Origin: an uncultured Candidatus Saccharibacteria bacterium
GTDB taxonomy: Bacteria; Patescibacteriota; UBA1384; JAMDBS01; CAYSHH01
DNA: 64,000 bases
Assembly (NCBI GenBank): GCA_964430945.1
Contig: CAYSHH010000001.1
Location: forward strand, 82,678-146,677
Reading direction: 5' to 3'
Part shown: positions 17,756 to 28,102 of the stretch, one piece after another
Numbering within the stretch: position 1 is the first letter of the stretch
Layout: each line of letters starts with the position of its first letter
The notes under the pieces: model-generated
What the model saw: only the letters and a program-made list of their open reading frames with translations
Databases searched by the model: none
Told to the model about the DNA's origin: nothing
Program-made: the position numbers and the translations under genes

Positions 17756-20524
17756 ATGACAAAAATTTTAAACAAATTTAGAAAGATTGGTATCTTTGCT
17801 ATCATTCTTGGACTTCTTTGGCAAAGTTCAGCCCTCACAAGCATTCTAGATGTTGGTCACGCAAAAGCTGGAACAACCACTATCACACTCAATGAATTTG
17901 TTTCTGACTCAACTCAAGAGTGGGTAGAGCTATATAACAATACAAGTAGTCCAATTGATTTGGCTGGCTGGAAATTAACCGACCTTAAAACACCAGCGTC
18001 AACACCAGTAGAACAAGACATGCTGGCTCTTAGTGGAACAATCCCTGCACATTCGGTATTGGCATTTGATGTTAGTGGTCTTAACAATCCCCAAGATTCA
18101 ATCGGCCTTTATAATGGAGCAGTCGAAGTAAATAGAGTAACATATGGAACTATTACAGGTTATACAGCTAACATCGCTGCACCATCAACAGATTTATCAG
18201 GTGCAAGATTGCCAGATGGTATCGGAGGATGGTATACAAATCAAACACCAACCAAAGGATCAATAAATATCGATCCACTTACAGTCAATGCCGGTGGAGA
18301 CAAAATTGAAAATTCGCTATTCACACAAGATGGCACAGTTACTGGTGGCTTAGCACCTTATGCTTACAAATGGGAACAAATAGCTGGTCCAGGAACAATT
18401 ACATTTGGTACACCAAATGCTGAAGATACTACTATCACAGCTGATATTGACGGTTCTTACACAGTAAAATTTACCGCAACTGATCAATATACAACGAGTC
18501 AATATGAAACTATGAGCCTTACTTGGGATACTGTAGCTCCAACGATTGACAATATTGATCTTAATCAACCAACTTATAACTCAGTAGATTTTCCTCAACC
18601 AATTACTGGAAATGCTAGTGACACTACATCTGAAATATCAAAAGTTGAAGTAAAAATTAAAGACACAACGGCAAGCCCAGCAAAATTTTGGAATGGTAGT
18701 ACTTGGGTAACCACAACCGACACATGGAATCTAGCTAGCTCAACAACTTCATGGTCATACCAATTTGATCCAGCGAATATGACATATGGTCATAATTACG
18801 AAGTTAAAGCTAGAGCCTATGATTCACTAAATCAAGCATCAACAGTCGTTACTAAATCATTTTCTTATGCTGATAATGTTGTACCAACAGTTGTTTTGTC
18901 TCAAAATCCCACAACACCAACCAATACTAATGTAACTATAACCGCAGTTATTGATGGTACTGGATCAGATATTACAAAAACGAAATGGGCAAAGGGAAAT
19001 CAAAATACATCTTACTTTACCAACAACGGGATAATCCTAATTAATGATGAATTTATTGTTGATGAAAACGATACATACACTGTATATGCTAAAGATGCCT
19101 ACAATAATGAATCAGTAAAAACAATCGATATCACCAATATCGACAAAACGGCACCAACCGGATCAATCGTGATAAATAACGGTGTAAAAGTAACAAATTC
19201 AAAAAATGTCGATCTAAGTTTTCCAATCGATACAGCAATGGAAAAAAACATCGATCAGATGAAAATAACAGGTGATTTTAAACAAGTAAAAACAGTAAAT
19301 GATGGATGGGAAACATATTCTGACAAATTAACCAATAGAACACTCACAGACGGAAATGGTCTCAAAAATATTAGCGTACAATTCAAAGATAAAGCTGGAA
19401 ACGAATCTATTGTTTATTCTACTTCTATCTACTATAACGAATATGCAAATTATGTAGACCATAAAATAGTAAATGGTTCGGACGGATATACAAAAAACAA
19501 TATTCATCTAGACATTAACTCTGGCAGAGAAAGAATGTTAACTTATGCTGAATATTCACAAAATCCAGAAGGAAAATCGTCCTTTACCGCCTTCGGTAAA
19601 TATTTCGATCTTAGCTTAGATAGCAACGAAACAGTATCGGGTTTAGTTTTAGAAATATCTTACACACAAGCAGATTTAGACGCCATGAAAATTACAGAGG
19701 ATCAAATAACTGGACTTTATTACTGGAACGAAACAATATCGGGATGGGAGATATATCCAAATCAAACGATTGATACAACCGATTATGATGGATATGCTGG
19801 TAAAATTAGAGTTGAGCTTGATCACCTCACTCCTATGGTTCTTGGTGCAGATAATGTTGCTCCAACAATTCCATCTAACTTCAAAGCTGAGGCAAAAAGT
19901 GGTTCAGTTAAACTTACTTGGAATAAAATCGACGATGCTGATCATTACGACATTCGTTATCGAAAATCTACAAATAACAATGATTTAGTTGCGTATTCAG
20001 AAATTTACATTACAACTAATACTGAAACTGAGATAACGAATCTTGAAAATGGCATTGAATATGAATTTAATATTCGCGCTGTTGATGCTGCTGATAACAA
20101 AGGTGAATGGGCTATAGTTGTCGCTACACCAAATTTCACACCTGAAGAAATTGCTAAGCAAACTGAGCTCAAAAAACAAGTTGCCTATTATGGTAGTCTA
20201 GCAACACAAAATGACCAAACTCAATCAACCACCAATATTGGTGAAAATAACAAAGACGAAAACGGTAATGAAGTAATCGTCGATGATGGTGGCGAAGTAA
20301 AAGGGACTGACAACGCCGAAGGTGAGACCGAAGGTGCTCGCACTGCAGTAACTCTCGGAATCATAATTATCGCTATCGGTGCAGCTCTTGGTGGCTATTA
20401 CGGATACCAATGGTGGCTTGGTGAAGGTGAAAATGAAGTTGAAGAAGAAAAACTTCCAAAAGAAACCAAATCTCCAGAAAAACCAAAAAACAAGAAAAAG
20501 AAAAAATCCAACAGACGCTGGTAA
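17756..20524 (+). CDS. Large cell-surface protein with lamin-tail domain, Ig-like/PKD-like repeats, an FN3 domain, and a C-terminal TM anchor plus lysine-rich tail
   Basis: 922 aa. Signal peptide. The lamin-tail domain TITLNEFVSDSTQEWVELYNNTSSPIDLAGWKLTD. FN3 near the C-terminus (PSNFKAEAKSGSVKLTWNKIDDADHYDIRYR...YEFNIRAVDAADNKGEW). TM segment LGIIIIAIGAALGGYYGY, then KPKNKKKKKSNRRW. SD GGAGGAAAAACAATG. Confidence 0.8.
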   Translation: MTKILNKFRKIGIFAIILGLLWQSSALTSILDVGHAKAGTTTITLNEFVSDSTQEWVELYNNTSSPIDLAGWKLTDLKTPASTPVEQDMLALSGTIPAHSVLAFDVSGLNNPQDSIGLYNGAVEVNRVTYGTITGYTANIAAPSTDLSGARLPDGIGGWYTNQTPTKGSINIDPLTVNAGGDKIENSLFTQDGTVTGGLAPYAYKWEQIAGPGTITFGTPNAEDTTITADIDGSYTVKFTATDQYTTSQYETMSLTWDTVAPTIDNIDLNQPTYNSVDFPQPITGNASDTTSEISKVEVKIKDTTASPAKFWNGSTWVTTTDTWNLASSTTSWSYQFDPANMTYGHNYEVKARAYDSLNQASTVVTKSFSYADNVVPTVVLSQNPTTPTNTNVTITAVIDGTGSDITKTKWAKGNQNTSYFTNNGIILINDEFIVDENDTYTVYAKDAYNNESVKTIDITNIDKTAPTGSIVINNGVKVTNSKNVDLSFPIDTAMEKNIDQMKITGDFKQVKTVNDGWETYSDKLTNRTLTDGNGLKNISVQFKDKAGNESIVYSTSIYYNEYANYVDHKIVNGSDGYTKNNIHLDINSGRERMLTYAEYSQNPEGKSSFTAFGKYFDLSLDSNETVSGLVLEISYTQADLDAMKITEDQITGLYYWNETISGWEIYPNQTIDTTDYDGYAGKIRVELDHLTPMVLGADNVAPTIPSNFKAEAKSGSVKLTWNKIDDADHYDIRYRKSTNNNDLVAYSEIYITTNTETEITNLENGIEYEFNIRAVDAADNKGEWAIVVATPNFTPEEIAKQTELKKQVAYYGSLATQNDQTQSTTNIGENNKDENGNEVIVDDGGEVKGTDNAEGETEGARTAVTLGIIIIAIGAALGGYYGYQWWLGEGENEVEEEKLPKETKSPEKPKNKKKKKSNRRW

Positions 20525-20555
20525 TAATATAAAGATTTCAAACGAAATCCACAAA

Positions 20556-20590
20556 AATAGTCCCGGCATACCGGGGCTATTTTTGTTATA
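20556..20590 (+). terminator. Rho-independent terminator after the surface-protein gene
   Basis: AGTCCCGGCATACCGGGGCTATTTTTG. Confidence 0.75.
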
Positions 20591-20598
20591 ATAATTAC

Positions 20599-21006
20599 AT
20601 GACAGAAAAAAAGAATACTTTTTTTAACTTCACATCAACCTTGGGAAGAATTATTTTATTAGGATTAGTAATTTTGTTTTTAATAAACATTGCCCGCTCT
20701 ATCTATAAAAATCATGACGTCAAAAAACAAATTGCTAATCTTGAAAGTGAAATCAATGCCTTAGAAAATCAAAAACTAAATCTTGAAAATAGAATTCTTT
20801 ACTACGAAACACCTACTTACAAAGAGCTTGAAGCACGACAACACCTAAATTACAAAAAAAAGGGTGAAAAAGTAATCACTTTACTTGTAAAAAACGATCC
20901 GGAAACAAACCAAAATACAGTAGAACACAACGAACCCCAAAAAGAAATAAAATCCACCGACAATACACCGAACTGGCAAAAGTGGATGAAATATTTGTTT
21001 GGATAA
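20599..21006 (+). CDS. ftsB: Septum formation initiator family protein (FtsB/DivIC-like)
   Basis: 135 aa. One TM helix, a coiled coil (QIANLESEINALENQKLNLENRI), then the conserved YKELEARQHLNYKKKGEKVI segment. Confidence 0.65.
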   Translation: MTEKKNTFFNFTSTLGRIILLGLVILFLINIARSIYKNHDVKKQIANLESEINALENQKLNLENRILYYETPTYKELEARQHLNYKKKGEKVITLLVKNDPETNQNTVEHNEPQKEIKSTDNTPNWQKWMKYLFG

Positions 21007-21033
21007 TAAAATATATTTAATCTAGGAGGATTT

Positions 21034-22743
21034 TTGTCAGTATTTACGCAAATTGGAATTATTGTATGTGCAGCTGCCATCTTGGCTGTTATACTAGCAC
21101 GCTTCAAACAACCACTGATACTTGCTTATCTTTTGGTAGGTGTCATTATAGGACCTATTGGGCTTAAACTAGTCGGTGCCGAAACAAACGTTGAAAGCTT
21201 AGCATCAATTGGTATTGCATTTTTACTTTTTATAGTCGGACTTGAATTAAATTTTGCAAAACTCAAAAAACTTGGCAGCACTGTTATTGTAATTGCACTG
21301 GTTCAAATTATTGGCACAGCGCTCTTGGCTTATATATTGGCCCATCTATTAGGATATAATTTTGCGAGCTCCATCTACATATCACTTGCACTGACTTTCG
21401 GAAGTACAGTAATCGTCGTACAAATTCTTTCAGAGAAAAAATTACTCGATCATTTATTTGGTCGTATTGTTCTAGGAATACTGCTTATTCAAGACATTGT
21501 TGCCGTCATAGCTCTCGCGCTTCTAGAAAATTTTCTACATCAAGCGAGTGCACCAGATTTATTACTCAATTCTCTTTTAGCGATAACAAAAACTGGACTA
21601 GTAGTTTTTCTAATCTGGTTGATAGGCCACTTTTTCATAAATAAAATTATAAAACGTACCGCAAAAACTCCCGAACTTTTATTTATAATTGCTATAGCAT
21701 GGTGTTTTTTTGCTTCAATTGTCGCCAACTACCTTGGTCTGTCAATTGAAATAGGAGCTTTTCTTGCTGGAATTTCTATAGCATCAGGCACCTATACATT
21801 AGAAATTTCTGCAAAAGTAAAACCCCTGAGAGATTTTTTTATAATAATATTTTTTGTCATACTAGGCCTAGAACTTAATTTTTCAGTACTCGAAAATTAC
21901 ACTCCTATAATCATTTTTATTTTATTTGTTCTTATCACTCATCCACTAATTATTTTGATCACCATGGGTATTCAAGGATTTAAACGTCGTACTTCATTTT
22001 TAACCGGTATTTCTATAGCCCAAATATCAGAATTTTCTCTGATTTTAGTAGCGTTAGGCTACAAACTTGGCCATGTTAACCAGGAACTTGTTTCTACAAT
22101 TACTGTTACGGCTATTATTACGATAATCATATCTACCTATCTTATTAGTTATTCAAGAAAAATATTTGAATACATAAAAAAACCTCTTGCTATATTTGAA
22201 CACCCGGATCCACAACTTGAAAAGTACAATTATAAAACCAGAACTTTTTATAATCACATCATTCTCATAGGTGCTCGACGAACTGGTTATAACATTCTCA
22301 AAAAAATTATTGAACTCAAAGAAGAAGTTGTTGTTGTAGATTTTAACCCCGAGTTAGCCGAAGAAATGATTGCCAAAAAAATTCCCGTTATATATGGTGA
22401 CGCAACGGATCATGAAATCTTAGATAATCTCAATATTAGAGAAGCAAAAATGCTTATATCAACACTTCCTGATTTTACAGACAATCTAATAATCATTAGA
22501 CGCACTAAAAAAATAAATCACAATATTACCATCTACGCTACAGCTTTTGATACAGAGGAAGCATTAAAACTTTATCAATCTGGAGCGGATTATGTTATAT
22601 TACCTCAACAAATTTCAGGTGAACACGTCTCAACACTCCTTAGCGAAGTGAGAAAAGATACAAAACATATCGCAAAAAAAAGAGCATCTCACATAAAAGA
22701 CCTTGAGGATTTTCTTAGAGAACATGATCAGATTCATTCATAA
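21034..22743 (+). CDS. Monovalent cation:proton antiporter-2 (CPA2, Kef-type) with C-terminal TrkA-N/RCK domain
   Basis: 569 aa. TTG start 5 nt after AGGAGGA. About 12 TM helices, then the Rossmann-like ILIGARRTGYNILKKI...VVVDFNPE segment. Confidence 0.85.
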   Translation: MSVFTQIGIIVCAAAILAVILARFKQPLILAYLLVGVIIGPIGLKLVGAETNVESLASIGIAFLLFIVGLELNFAKLKKLGSTVIVIALVQIIGTALLAYILAHLLGYNFASSIYISLALTFGSTVIVVQILSEKKLLDHLFGRIVLGILLIQDIVAVIALALLENFLHQASAPDLLLNSLLAITKTGLVVFLIWLIGHFFINKIIKRTAKTPELLFIIAIAWCFFASIVANYLGLSIEIGAFLAGISIASGTYTLEISAKVKPLRDFFIIIFFVILGLELNFSVLENYTPIIIFILFVLITHPLIILITMGIQGFKRRTSFLTGISIAQISEFSLILVALGYKLGHVNQELVSTITVTAIITIIISTYLISYSRKIFEYIKKPLAIFEHPDPQLEKYNYKTRTFYNHIILIGARRTGYNILKKIIELKEEVVVVDFNPELAEEMIAKKIPVIYGDATDHEILDNLNIREAKMLISTLPDFTDNLIIIRRTKKINHNITIYATAFDTEEALKLYQSGADYVILPQQISGEHVSTLLSEVRKDTKHIAKKRASHIKDLEDFLREHDQIHS

Positions 22744-22763
22744 TCAATAAATAAATATAAATT

Positions 22764-23723
22764 ATGAACATAAATCTTGTACTTATTCTGAAAATGATTG
22801 TTCTTTTCATTGTTCTTGCCTACTCAACAAAAATTCTTACTGGCGTCCTTGTAAACCTTAGTAAATATTTCAAAGTATCTAGCTTTGCTATAGGTATAGT
22901 TTTCATGGCTGTTGCTACATCGATACCAGAACTATTTATTGGTATTCAATCGGCACTCCAAAATGTTCCTGATTTATCTCTAGGAACCGTACTCGGTTCA
23001 AACATATCAGACCTAGCATTTGTACTAGGTATCATTATAATCTTCTCCAAAACTGCAATAAAGACAAAAGAAAGTATAAAAATAAGTGATGCTTGGTGGA
23101 TGTTTGTTTACGCACTTATTCCAGTACTCTTATCAATTGATGGAGTAATATCAAAAATTGATGGTATTATTTTGATGATAATGTTCATCATCTATATCTA
23201 TTATATTTTTCTTTCCAAACAAAAAGTTGCAAAAAACATTAAACATCCTAGCCATAGACATTTTCTTATAGATATCGGAAAATTTATCCTAGGTGTTGGG
23301 TTATTATTGTTCTCAAGTCATTATCTTGTCCAATATGGATTAGAAATCGCCAATGATTTCGCTATTCCAACTATAGTTATTGGTGTTACAATATATGCCC
23401 TATCTACTTCATTACCGGAACTATCGTTCGAATTAAGAGCAATTCACGAAAAAAAAGAATCAATGGCTATGGGAGATCTTATAGGATCAATCATCGTAAA
23501 CTCTAGTCTTGTTCTCGGAGTCACAGCTATCATTACTCCTATTACAATAAGCAATATAGCTGAATATGTTCCAACCATCCTAGTGCTATTTATTACAGCT
23601 GGGTTTTTCTTTTATAAAGTGTTAAATGGTAAAAAATTAAGATTAATTGATGGCTTTTTGTTGATCACTATCTACGTGATATTTATTATCTCTGAATTCG
23701 GTATTCTAGAACTTAATTTTTAA
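22764..23723 (+). CDS. Ca2+/cation antiporter (CaCA, YrbG-like) membrane protein
   Basis: 319 aa. Two alpha-repeat signatures: ATSIPELFIGI / GTVLGSNISDLAFVLG and STSLPELSFEL / GDLIGSIIVNSSLVLG. Confidence 0.8.
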   Translation: MNINLVLILKMIVLFIVLAYSTKILTGVLVNLSKYFKVSSFAIGIVFMAVATSIPELFIGIQSALQNVPDLSLGTVLGSNISDLAFVLGIIIIFSKTAIKTKESIKISDAWWMFVYALIPVLLSIDGVISKIDGIILMIMFIIYIYYIFLSKQKVAKNIKHPSHRHFLIDIGKFILGVGLLLFSSHYLVQYGLEIANDFAIPTIVIGVTIYALSTSLPELSFELRAIHEKKESMAMGDLIGSIIVNSSLVLGVTAIITPITISNIAEYVPTILVLFITAGFFFYKVLNGKKLRLIDGFLLITIYVIFIISEFGILELNF

Positions 23724-23738
23724 CCATTTCTTAGATTG

Positions 23739-24332
23739 TCATTCTCTTTTCGCCACAACTACCAATCTTCTAAAAGTAGTACCTGGTGGATTACAGGTCA
23801 TTAAAGATAACGTTTCCTCGCCTTTGATAACGTCTTGAGTCACCTGCACTTCGTCTGGGTTGATTATCTTTTTATCAAAAACTTTGTACTTATATTCTCC
23901 TAAATTAGATTTGACAACAATCTCGTCACCATTATCGAGATCATCCAGTTTTCTAAATATCGTTTTGTATTCACCTGGATCATAAAATAAATAGCTAGAA
24001 TGACCAAATATAAATACATTCCCTTTTTGTCCTGGTATTTTTGTTCCTCTAAGTTGAGCAACTCCCCGCTGAAGACTTCTCAAATATTCCTCTTCATTAT
24101 TTCCGTCAATATTCATAATGATCGGCGCAGTGATCTCAATTTTTGGTATTGTTATCTCCCAATCTTTTTCATCTTCAAGAGGTTTCAAATTTATTTCCGT
24201 AGTACTAAAGGCATACTCCAATATTGGCGGTTTATTCACCCACCAATATAAAAAAAGCATACCGGATAGAAACAATAAGAAACATCCAGTCAGTATTAAA
24301 AAATATGCTCCACTAAAACTATGTCTTTTCAT
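23739..24332 (-). CDS. Sortase family transpeptidase
   Basis: 197 aa. N-terminal TM anchor, catalytic His in FIFGHSSY, TLxTC motif LSLMTCNP, conserved Arg (TTFRRLVV). Confidence 0.85.
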   Translation of the reverse strand: MKRHSFSGAYFLILTGCFLLFLSGMLFLYWWVNKPPILEYAFSTTEINLKPLEDEKDWEITIPKIEITAPIIMNIDGNNEEEYLRSLQRGVAQLRGTKIPGQKGNVFIFGHSSYLFYDPGEYKTIFRKLDDLDNGDEIVVKSNLGEYKYKVFDKKIINPDEVQVTQDVIKGEETLSLMTCNPPGTTFRRLVVVAKRE

Positions 24333-24377
24333 AATAAGAGTTCATTATATATTTAAATCACCTTTTAGACAAGCCTA

Positions 24378-24902
24378 CTACAATTTAACTTCGCTTAGTA
24401 TTTTATAGCCAATCCCGTCATCATCGAGTACCGATTCGAAAAGAACAATACTTTCTACACTTTGAGTCCACGCTATATTTTTGTTTTCCCAAGTCTTAAC
24501 TATATCTCGTGCATTATCACGTCCAAAACGCGCCAATGTCAGATGAAGTTTAAATCTTCTTTGAGGATATTTGCTAAATACTTTTTCTAGTTTTTCTTTA
24601 AGTTGATATATTTCTTTCGTTGATTTCCCTTTTGCCCACACAAGTTTTGGTCTATCATAATATGGTCCCAAAGTTATATGATTAAATCCTATTTCAAATT
24701 TCTTTGTATCTCTTTTGATCTCTTTTAATTTATTTTTGGCATCAGCTATATCTTCCTCGTCCCATGGCGAAAGAATTGTTATGTGAAGATCTTTATCACT
24801 AAGCCAATTCAATTGATACTTTTGACAATCCTTTTGAAATGCTTTTACTTTCTTATTTATATCACTTGAAACTTTTATAGCAACAAATATTCTTTTTTTC
24901 AT
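24378..24902 (-). CDS. RNA 2',3'-cyclic phosphodiesterase (LigT/ThpR, 2H phosphoesterase)
   Basis: Two H-x-T/S-x motifs (LHITIL and HLTLARF). Start placed at MKKRIF (ATG 24902). Confidence 0.8.
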   Translation of the reverse strand: MKKRIFVAIKVSSDINKKVKAFQKDCQKYQLNWLSDKDLHITILSPWDEEDIADAKNKLKEIKRDTKKFEIGFNHITLGPYYDRPKLVWAKGKSTKEIYQLKEKLEKVFSKYPQRRFKLHLTLARFGRDNARDIVKTWENKNIAWTQSVESIVLFESVLDDDGIGYKILSEVKL

Positions 24903-24977
24903 ACAAATCAAAATTAATAATAGTATTATCATTATAGCAACTTTAATTTAATAGTTAAAAATATTCATGCAAAATCG

Positions 24978-25006
24978 TTGTAAAACAGGTAGCAAAATGC
25001 TAAAAT
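24978..25006 (+). promoter_or_regulatory. Sigma-70-type promoter upstream of tRNA-Gln
   Basis: TTGTAA, 17-nt spacer, TAAAAT; 37 nt upstream of the tRNA 5' end. Confidence 0.6.
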
Positions 25007-25043
25007 AGTTAAGATTAATTGCTATTATTTTCCTGTATAGTGC

Positions 25044-25114
25044 TCGAGGATCGTCTAATGGTAGGACACCAGGTTCTGGCCCTGGCAATCTAGGTTCGAA
25101 TCCTGGTCCTCGAG
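25044..25114 (+). tRNA. tRNA-Gln (anticodon CTG)
   Basis: Manual cloverleaf: U1-A72 acceptor (TCGAGGA/TCCTCGA, as in E. coli tRNA-Gln), anticodon arm CCAGG-TTCTGGC-CCTGG, T-loop GGTTCGAATCC, discriminator G. CCA is not encoded. The listed 65-aa ORF 24948-25145 is therefore spurious. Confidence 0.8.
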
Positions 25115-25171
25115 CTTTGTACAAGAAACACTGGCTATATCGCAACCAAATACATTTTTAACTATATATCA

Positions 25172-25200
25172 AAAAACAGCCCACGTATGGACTGTTTTTT
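25172..25200. terminator. Bidirectional terminator between tRNA-Gln and the ftsH 3' end
   Basis: AAAAAACAGCCCACGTATGGACTGTTTTTT: an imperfect stem with A and T runs on both sides. Confidence 0.6.
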
Positions 25201-25219
25201 GATAATCATAGGTCAATAT

Positions 25220-27022
25220 TTATTTCATCAATTTATTAAATTCAATTTTATCAATAGTTTCTTTTTTAAGAAGAGTTTGAGCTATCTTGTCAAGTTTGGT
25301 TTTATGCTTAGTAAGAAGATCATTCGCCTCTTTCTCACCTTCAAGAACAATTCTTTTCACCTCATCATCAATAAGAGATGCCACTTTCTCAGAATAATTT
25401 TTGTGTTCTCCAAGCTCTCTCCCCAAGAAAACCATTTCATCCCGTTCACTAAGAGATTGAGGGCCAATCTTGTCACTCATACCATAAACGGTTACCATGT
25501 CCCTAGCAATTTTTGTTGCTCGCTTCATATCGTTTTCTGCCCCCGTTGTTGTCTCACCAAAAATTATTTTCTCAGCTTCGCGTCCAGATAAAAGTTGTGC
25601 TATTTCATCGATAAACTTACTTTTTGAATATAAATGAATATCCTTTTCTGGAAGACTCCAAGTATACCCAAGAGCCATACCACGAGAAGTAATCGATACT
25701 TTATGGATCGGATCAGTATTTGGAAGCACATGTCCAACAACAGCATGTCCTGCTTCGTGATATGCAGTTATTTCTTTTTCCATTTTAGATAGTATTCTAG
25801 ATTTTTTCTCAGGACCCATCATTACTTTCTCTATTGCTTCTTGAAAATCACTTTGAACTATAGTTTTTTTGTTTTCTCTTGCTGCTAAAATTGCTGCCTC
25901 ATTTACGACATTTTTAAGATCAGCACCGGCCAAACCAACTGTAGATGCTGCGATAGACCTTAGATCTACGTTTGATTCTACTGGTTTATTACGAGTATGA
26001 ATTTTTAAAATTTGCTCTCTTTCTTCTAATGTCGGCAAGCCCAATACTACGCGCCGGTCAAATCTGCCTGGTCTCAAAAGCGCAGGATCCAATACGTCCG
26101 GTCTATTAGTTGCTGCAATGATTATGACTCTCGTATCTGTTTCAAATCCATCCATTTCTACAAGTATTTGATTAAGGGTCTGTTCTCGCTCATCATGTGA
26201 CCCCCCAAGACCAGTTCCACGTTGACGACCGATAGCATCTAACTCGTCAACAAAAATTACACTTGGAGCATTTCTTTTTGCCTTAGTAAACAAATCACGT
26301 ACACGTGAAGCTCCCACACCCACAAACATTTCTACAAACTCTGATGCCGAAATTGATAAAAATGGTACACCAGCCTCACCAGCTACTGCTTTTGCCATAA
26401 GAGTCTTACCAGTACCTGGGGGACCTGCCAAAAGTACACCTTTAGGAATTTCTGCGCCAAGATTCAAATATTTTTTAGGATTTTTAAGAAAATCAACGAT
26501 TTCTACCAATTCCTGCTTTGCTTCCTTAAGACCAGCAACATCATCAAATGTTACTTTTTTCTTTCCCATATATAATCGGGCTTTTGTTTGTCCAAAACTC
26601 ATTGCCTTCATATTCGCACCTTGTGTAGAACGAAATAAAAAATACAAAAATAATGCGATAAGGCCTAGAGGTAAAAGTATTGAAAGAAGAGCAGACCATA
26701 TTTCACCCTTATTTGGATCTTTAATATCTATCTTAACATTATCAGGTTTAATACCATAGTCACTTATACCTACTCCAGCTTCTTTATAAGTCATAAGTAC
26801 AGTATCAGAATCTTTCAAATCAGCTGTAACTTTATTCCCATCAACCACAATTTTATCAACATTATCGGTTTCAACTTCATGAACAATCTCAGACATTGAA
26901 GATTCCTGACTATTCATGTCCATTGGATTTAGAATACTAAAAAGAGATACTCCGACTAGTATTAATATAACTATATATATAATTCCTTTTGTTAGGTTAG
27001 ATGATTTGTTTGGATTATCCAT
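25220..27022 (-). CDS. ftsH: ATP-dependent zinc metalloprotease FtsH
   Basis: 600 aa. TM anchors, AAA+ Walker A GPPGTGKT, second region of homology, zinc motif [10 protein letters not shown]. Confidence 0.95.
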   Translation of the reverse strand: MDNPNKSSNLTKGIIYIVILILVGVSLFSILNPMDMNSQESSMSEIVHEVETDNVDKIVVDGNKVTADLKDSDTVLMTYKEAGVGISDYGIKPDNVKIDIKDPNKGEIWSALLSILLPLGLIALFLYFLFRSTQGANMKAMSFGQTKARLYMGKKKVTFDDVAGLKEAKQELVEIVDFLKNPKKYLNLGAEIPKGVLLAGPPGTGKTLMAKAVAGEAGVPFLSISASEFVEMFVGVGASRVRDLFTKAKRNAPSVIFVDELDAIGRQRGTGLGGSHDEREQTLNQILVEMDGFETDTRVIIIAATNRPDVLDPALLRPGRFDRRVVLGLPTLEEREQILKIHTRNKPVESNVDLRSIAASTVGLAGADLKNVVNEAAILAARENKKTIVQSDFQEAIEKVMMGPEKKSRILSKMEKEITAYHEAGHAVVGHVLPNTDPIHKVSITSRGMALGYTWSLPEKDIHLYSKSKFIDEIAQLLSGREAEKIIFGETTTGAENDMKRATKIARDMVTVYGMSDKIGPQSLSERDEMVFLGRELGEHKNYSEKVASLIDDEVKRIVLEGEKEANDLLTKHKTKLDKIAQTLLKKETIDKIEFNKLMK

Positions 27023-27039
27023 AATATCTTTTCCTTGCT

Positions 27040-27115
27040 TGGTGGCTGAGGAGGGATTTGAACCTTCGACCTTCGGCTTATGATGCCGCTGCTCTAACCA
27101 CTGAGCTACTCAGCC
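27040..27115 (-). tRNA. tRNA with CAT anticodon: elongator Met, or a lysidine-type Ile2
   Basis: Manual fold: GGCTGAG acceptor (G1-C72), D-arm TAGCTCAGTGGTTAGAGCA identical to the E. coli Ile2/Met type, anticodon loop ATCATAA, T-loop GGTTCAAATCC with one A-C mismatch in the T-stem, CCA encoded. Confidence 0.75.
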
Positions 27116-27207
27116 TCGATTATTCAAATAAACATATTATACTTAGTGTATTTTCTACTTAGCTAAATCAATCCTTAGCTATTATTCGCAAATGTAATAA
27201 AATAACT

Positions 27208-27282
27208 TGGTAGCGGGGGAAGGATTCGAACCTTCGACCTCCGGCTTATGAGACCGACGAGCTACCACTGCTCTACCCCGCG
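27208..27282 (-). tRNA. Initiator tRNA-fMet (anticodon CAT)
   Basis: CGCGGGG 5' end with an unpaired 1-72 position, A11:U24, anticodon loop CTCATAA, GGTCGAAGG-TTCGAAT-CCTTC T-arm, CCA encoded. Close to E. coli tRNA-fMet. Confidence 0.8.
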
Positions 27283-27465
27283 TCAATTAATACAGTAATT
27301 AAACAATAATCCTGTATTTATCTGAATTGCGTAAAAAAATTGTACCAAAAAAACTATATTAAATCAATTGACACAAAAAAAGATACGTAGTACGTCTAAT
27401 AAACAAAAGAATAGCTTTACATCAATGCCAATATGATGCACTAAACGATTTTATATATATTAAAA

Positions 27466-28092
27466 TTAATTAACTGCAGCAATCCTATGTTTCTTTTTCT
27501 TAATAAATCTCATAATCACTGGTATCATAAGATAAGCAAGTGTACTATAAGCGGGACTAAAAAAATTAACAACTATAGCCAATACCGCTACGGGTATTAT
27601 TATCATATTCTTTGTCAGGGCAAAATTAACATCATCACCGCTAAGATCTGATCTTAAAAGATGATTATCTATACAATATTTATATTGAATATAAAACATC
27701 ACACCAAGAACTAGCAAATTAATATTAAAAATCATCACAGCAAGTACATTATCGGTATATGTATCCATAAGCTCTGTTGTAAAGGGAACTAGTACCACAA
27801 ACATCAATAAGAAAATATTTATCCAAGCCAGAGTGCTCGTACTTCTCTTTATTACAATATATTGTTTTTGGTGTATCACCCAAAATATACCCAAAAGAAG
27901 AAAACTAAGAGCAAAATTATAAAAACTCGGCAATATTTCTAGCAGTTTTTCAGGCAATAACGCATCTGCTGAGGACTGAGATATTTGTGGTACTGCGATA
28001 TTCAAAACTAAAAGAGTCATTGCAATTGCAAATACCGCATCTGCCAACCCCTCCAGTCTATTTGTTGGAATTACTAATTTTCTGTCTTCCAT
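27466..28092 (-). CDS. DUF1211 (TMEM175-like) membrane protein
   Basis: 208 aa. N-terminal RLEGLADAVFAIAMTLLVL matches the DUF1211 signature (R...F/L.D.VFA.A.TLL). Multiple TM helices. Confidence 0.65.
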   Translation of the reverse strand: MEDRKLVIPTNRLEGLADAVFAIAMTLLVLNIAVPQISQSSADALLPEKLLEILPSFYNFALSFLLLGIFWVIHQKQYIVIKRSTSTLAWINIFLLMFVVLVPFTTELMDTYTDNVLAVMIFNINLLVLGVMFYIQYKYCIDNHLLRSDLSGDDVNFALTKNMIIIPVAVLAIVVNFFSPAYSTLAYLMIPVIMRFIKKKKHRIAAVN

Positions 28093-28102
28093 AACATCCG
28101 TT

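Noticed and set aside
20440-20470. LPKET near the C-terminus of the surface protein as a sortase sorting signal
   Set aside because: It lies after the transmembrane helix, not before a hydrophobic segment and basic tail, so it does not fit the LPXTG sorting-signal architecture.
20225-20569. 114-aa minus-strand ORF rich in F/W
   Set aside because: Antisense to the 3' end of the 922-aa surface-protein gene (its lysine-rich tail read backwards gives the phenylalanine run).
24948-25145. 65-aa minus-strand ORF from the six-frame track
   Set aside because: It lies entirely over the tRNA-Gln gene (25044-25114) and its promoter, and its Pro/Gly-rich translation is the signature of reading a tRNA in the wrong frame.
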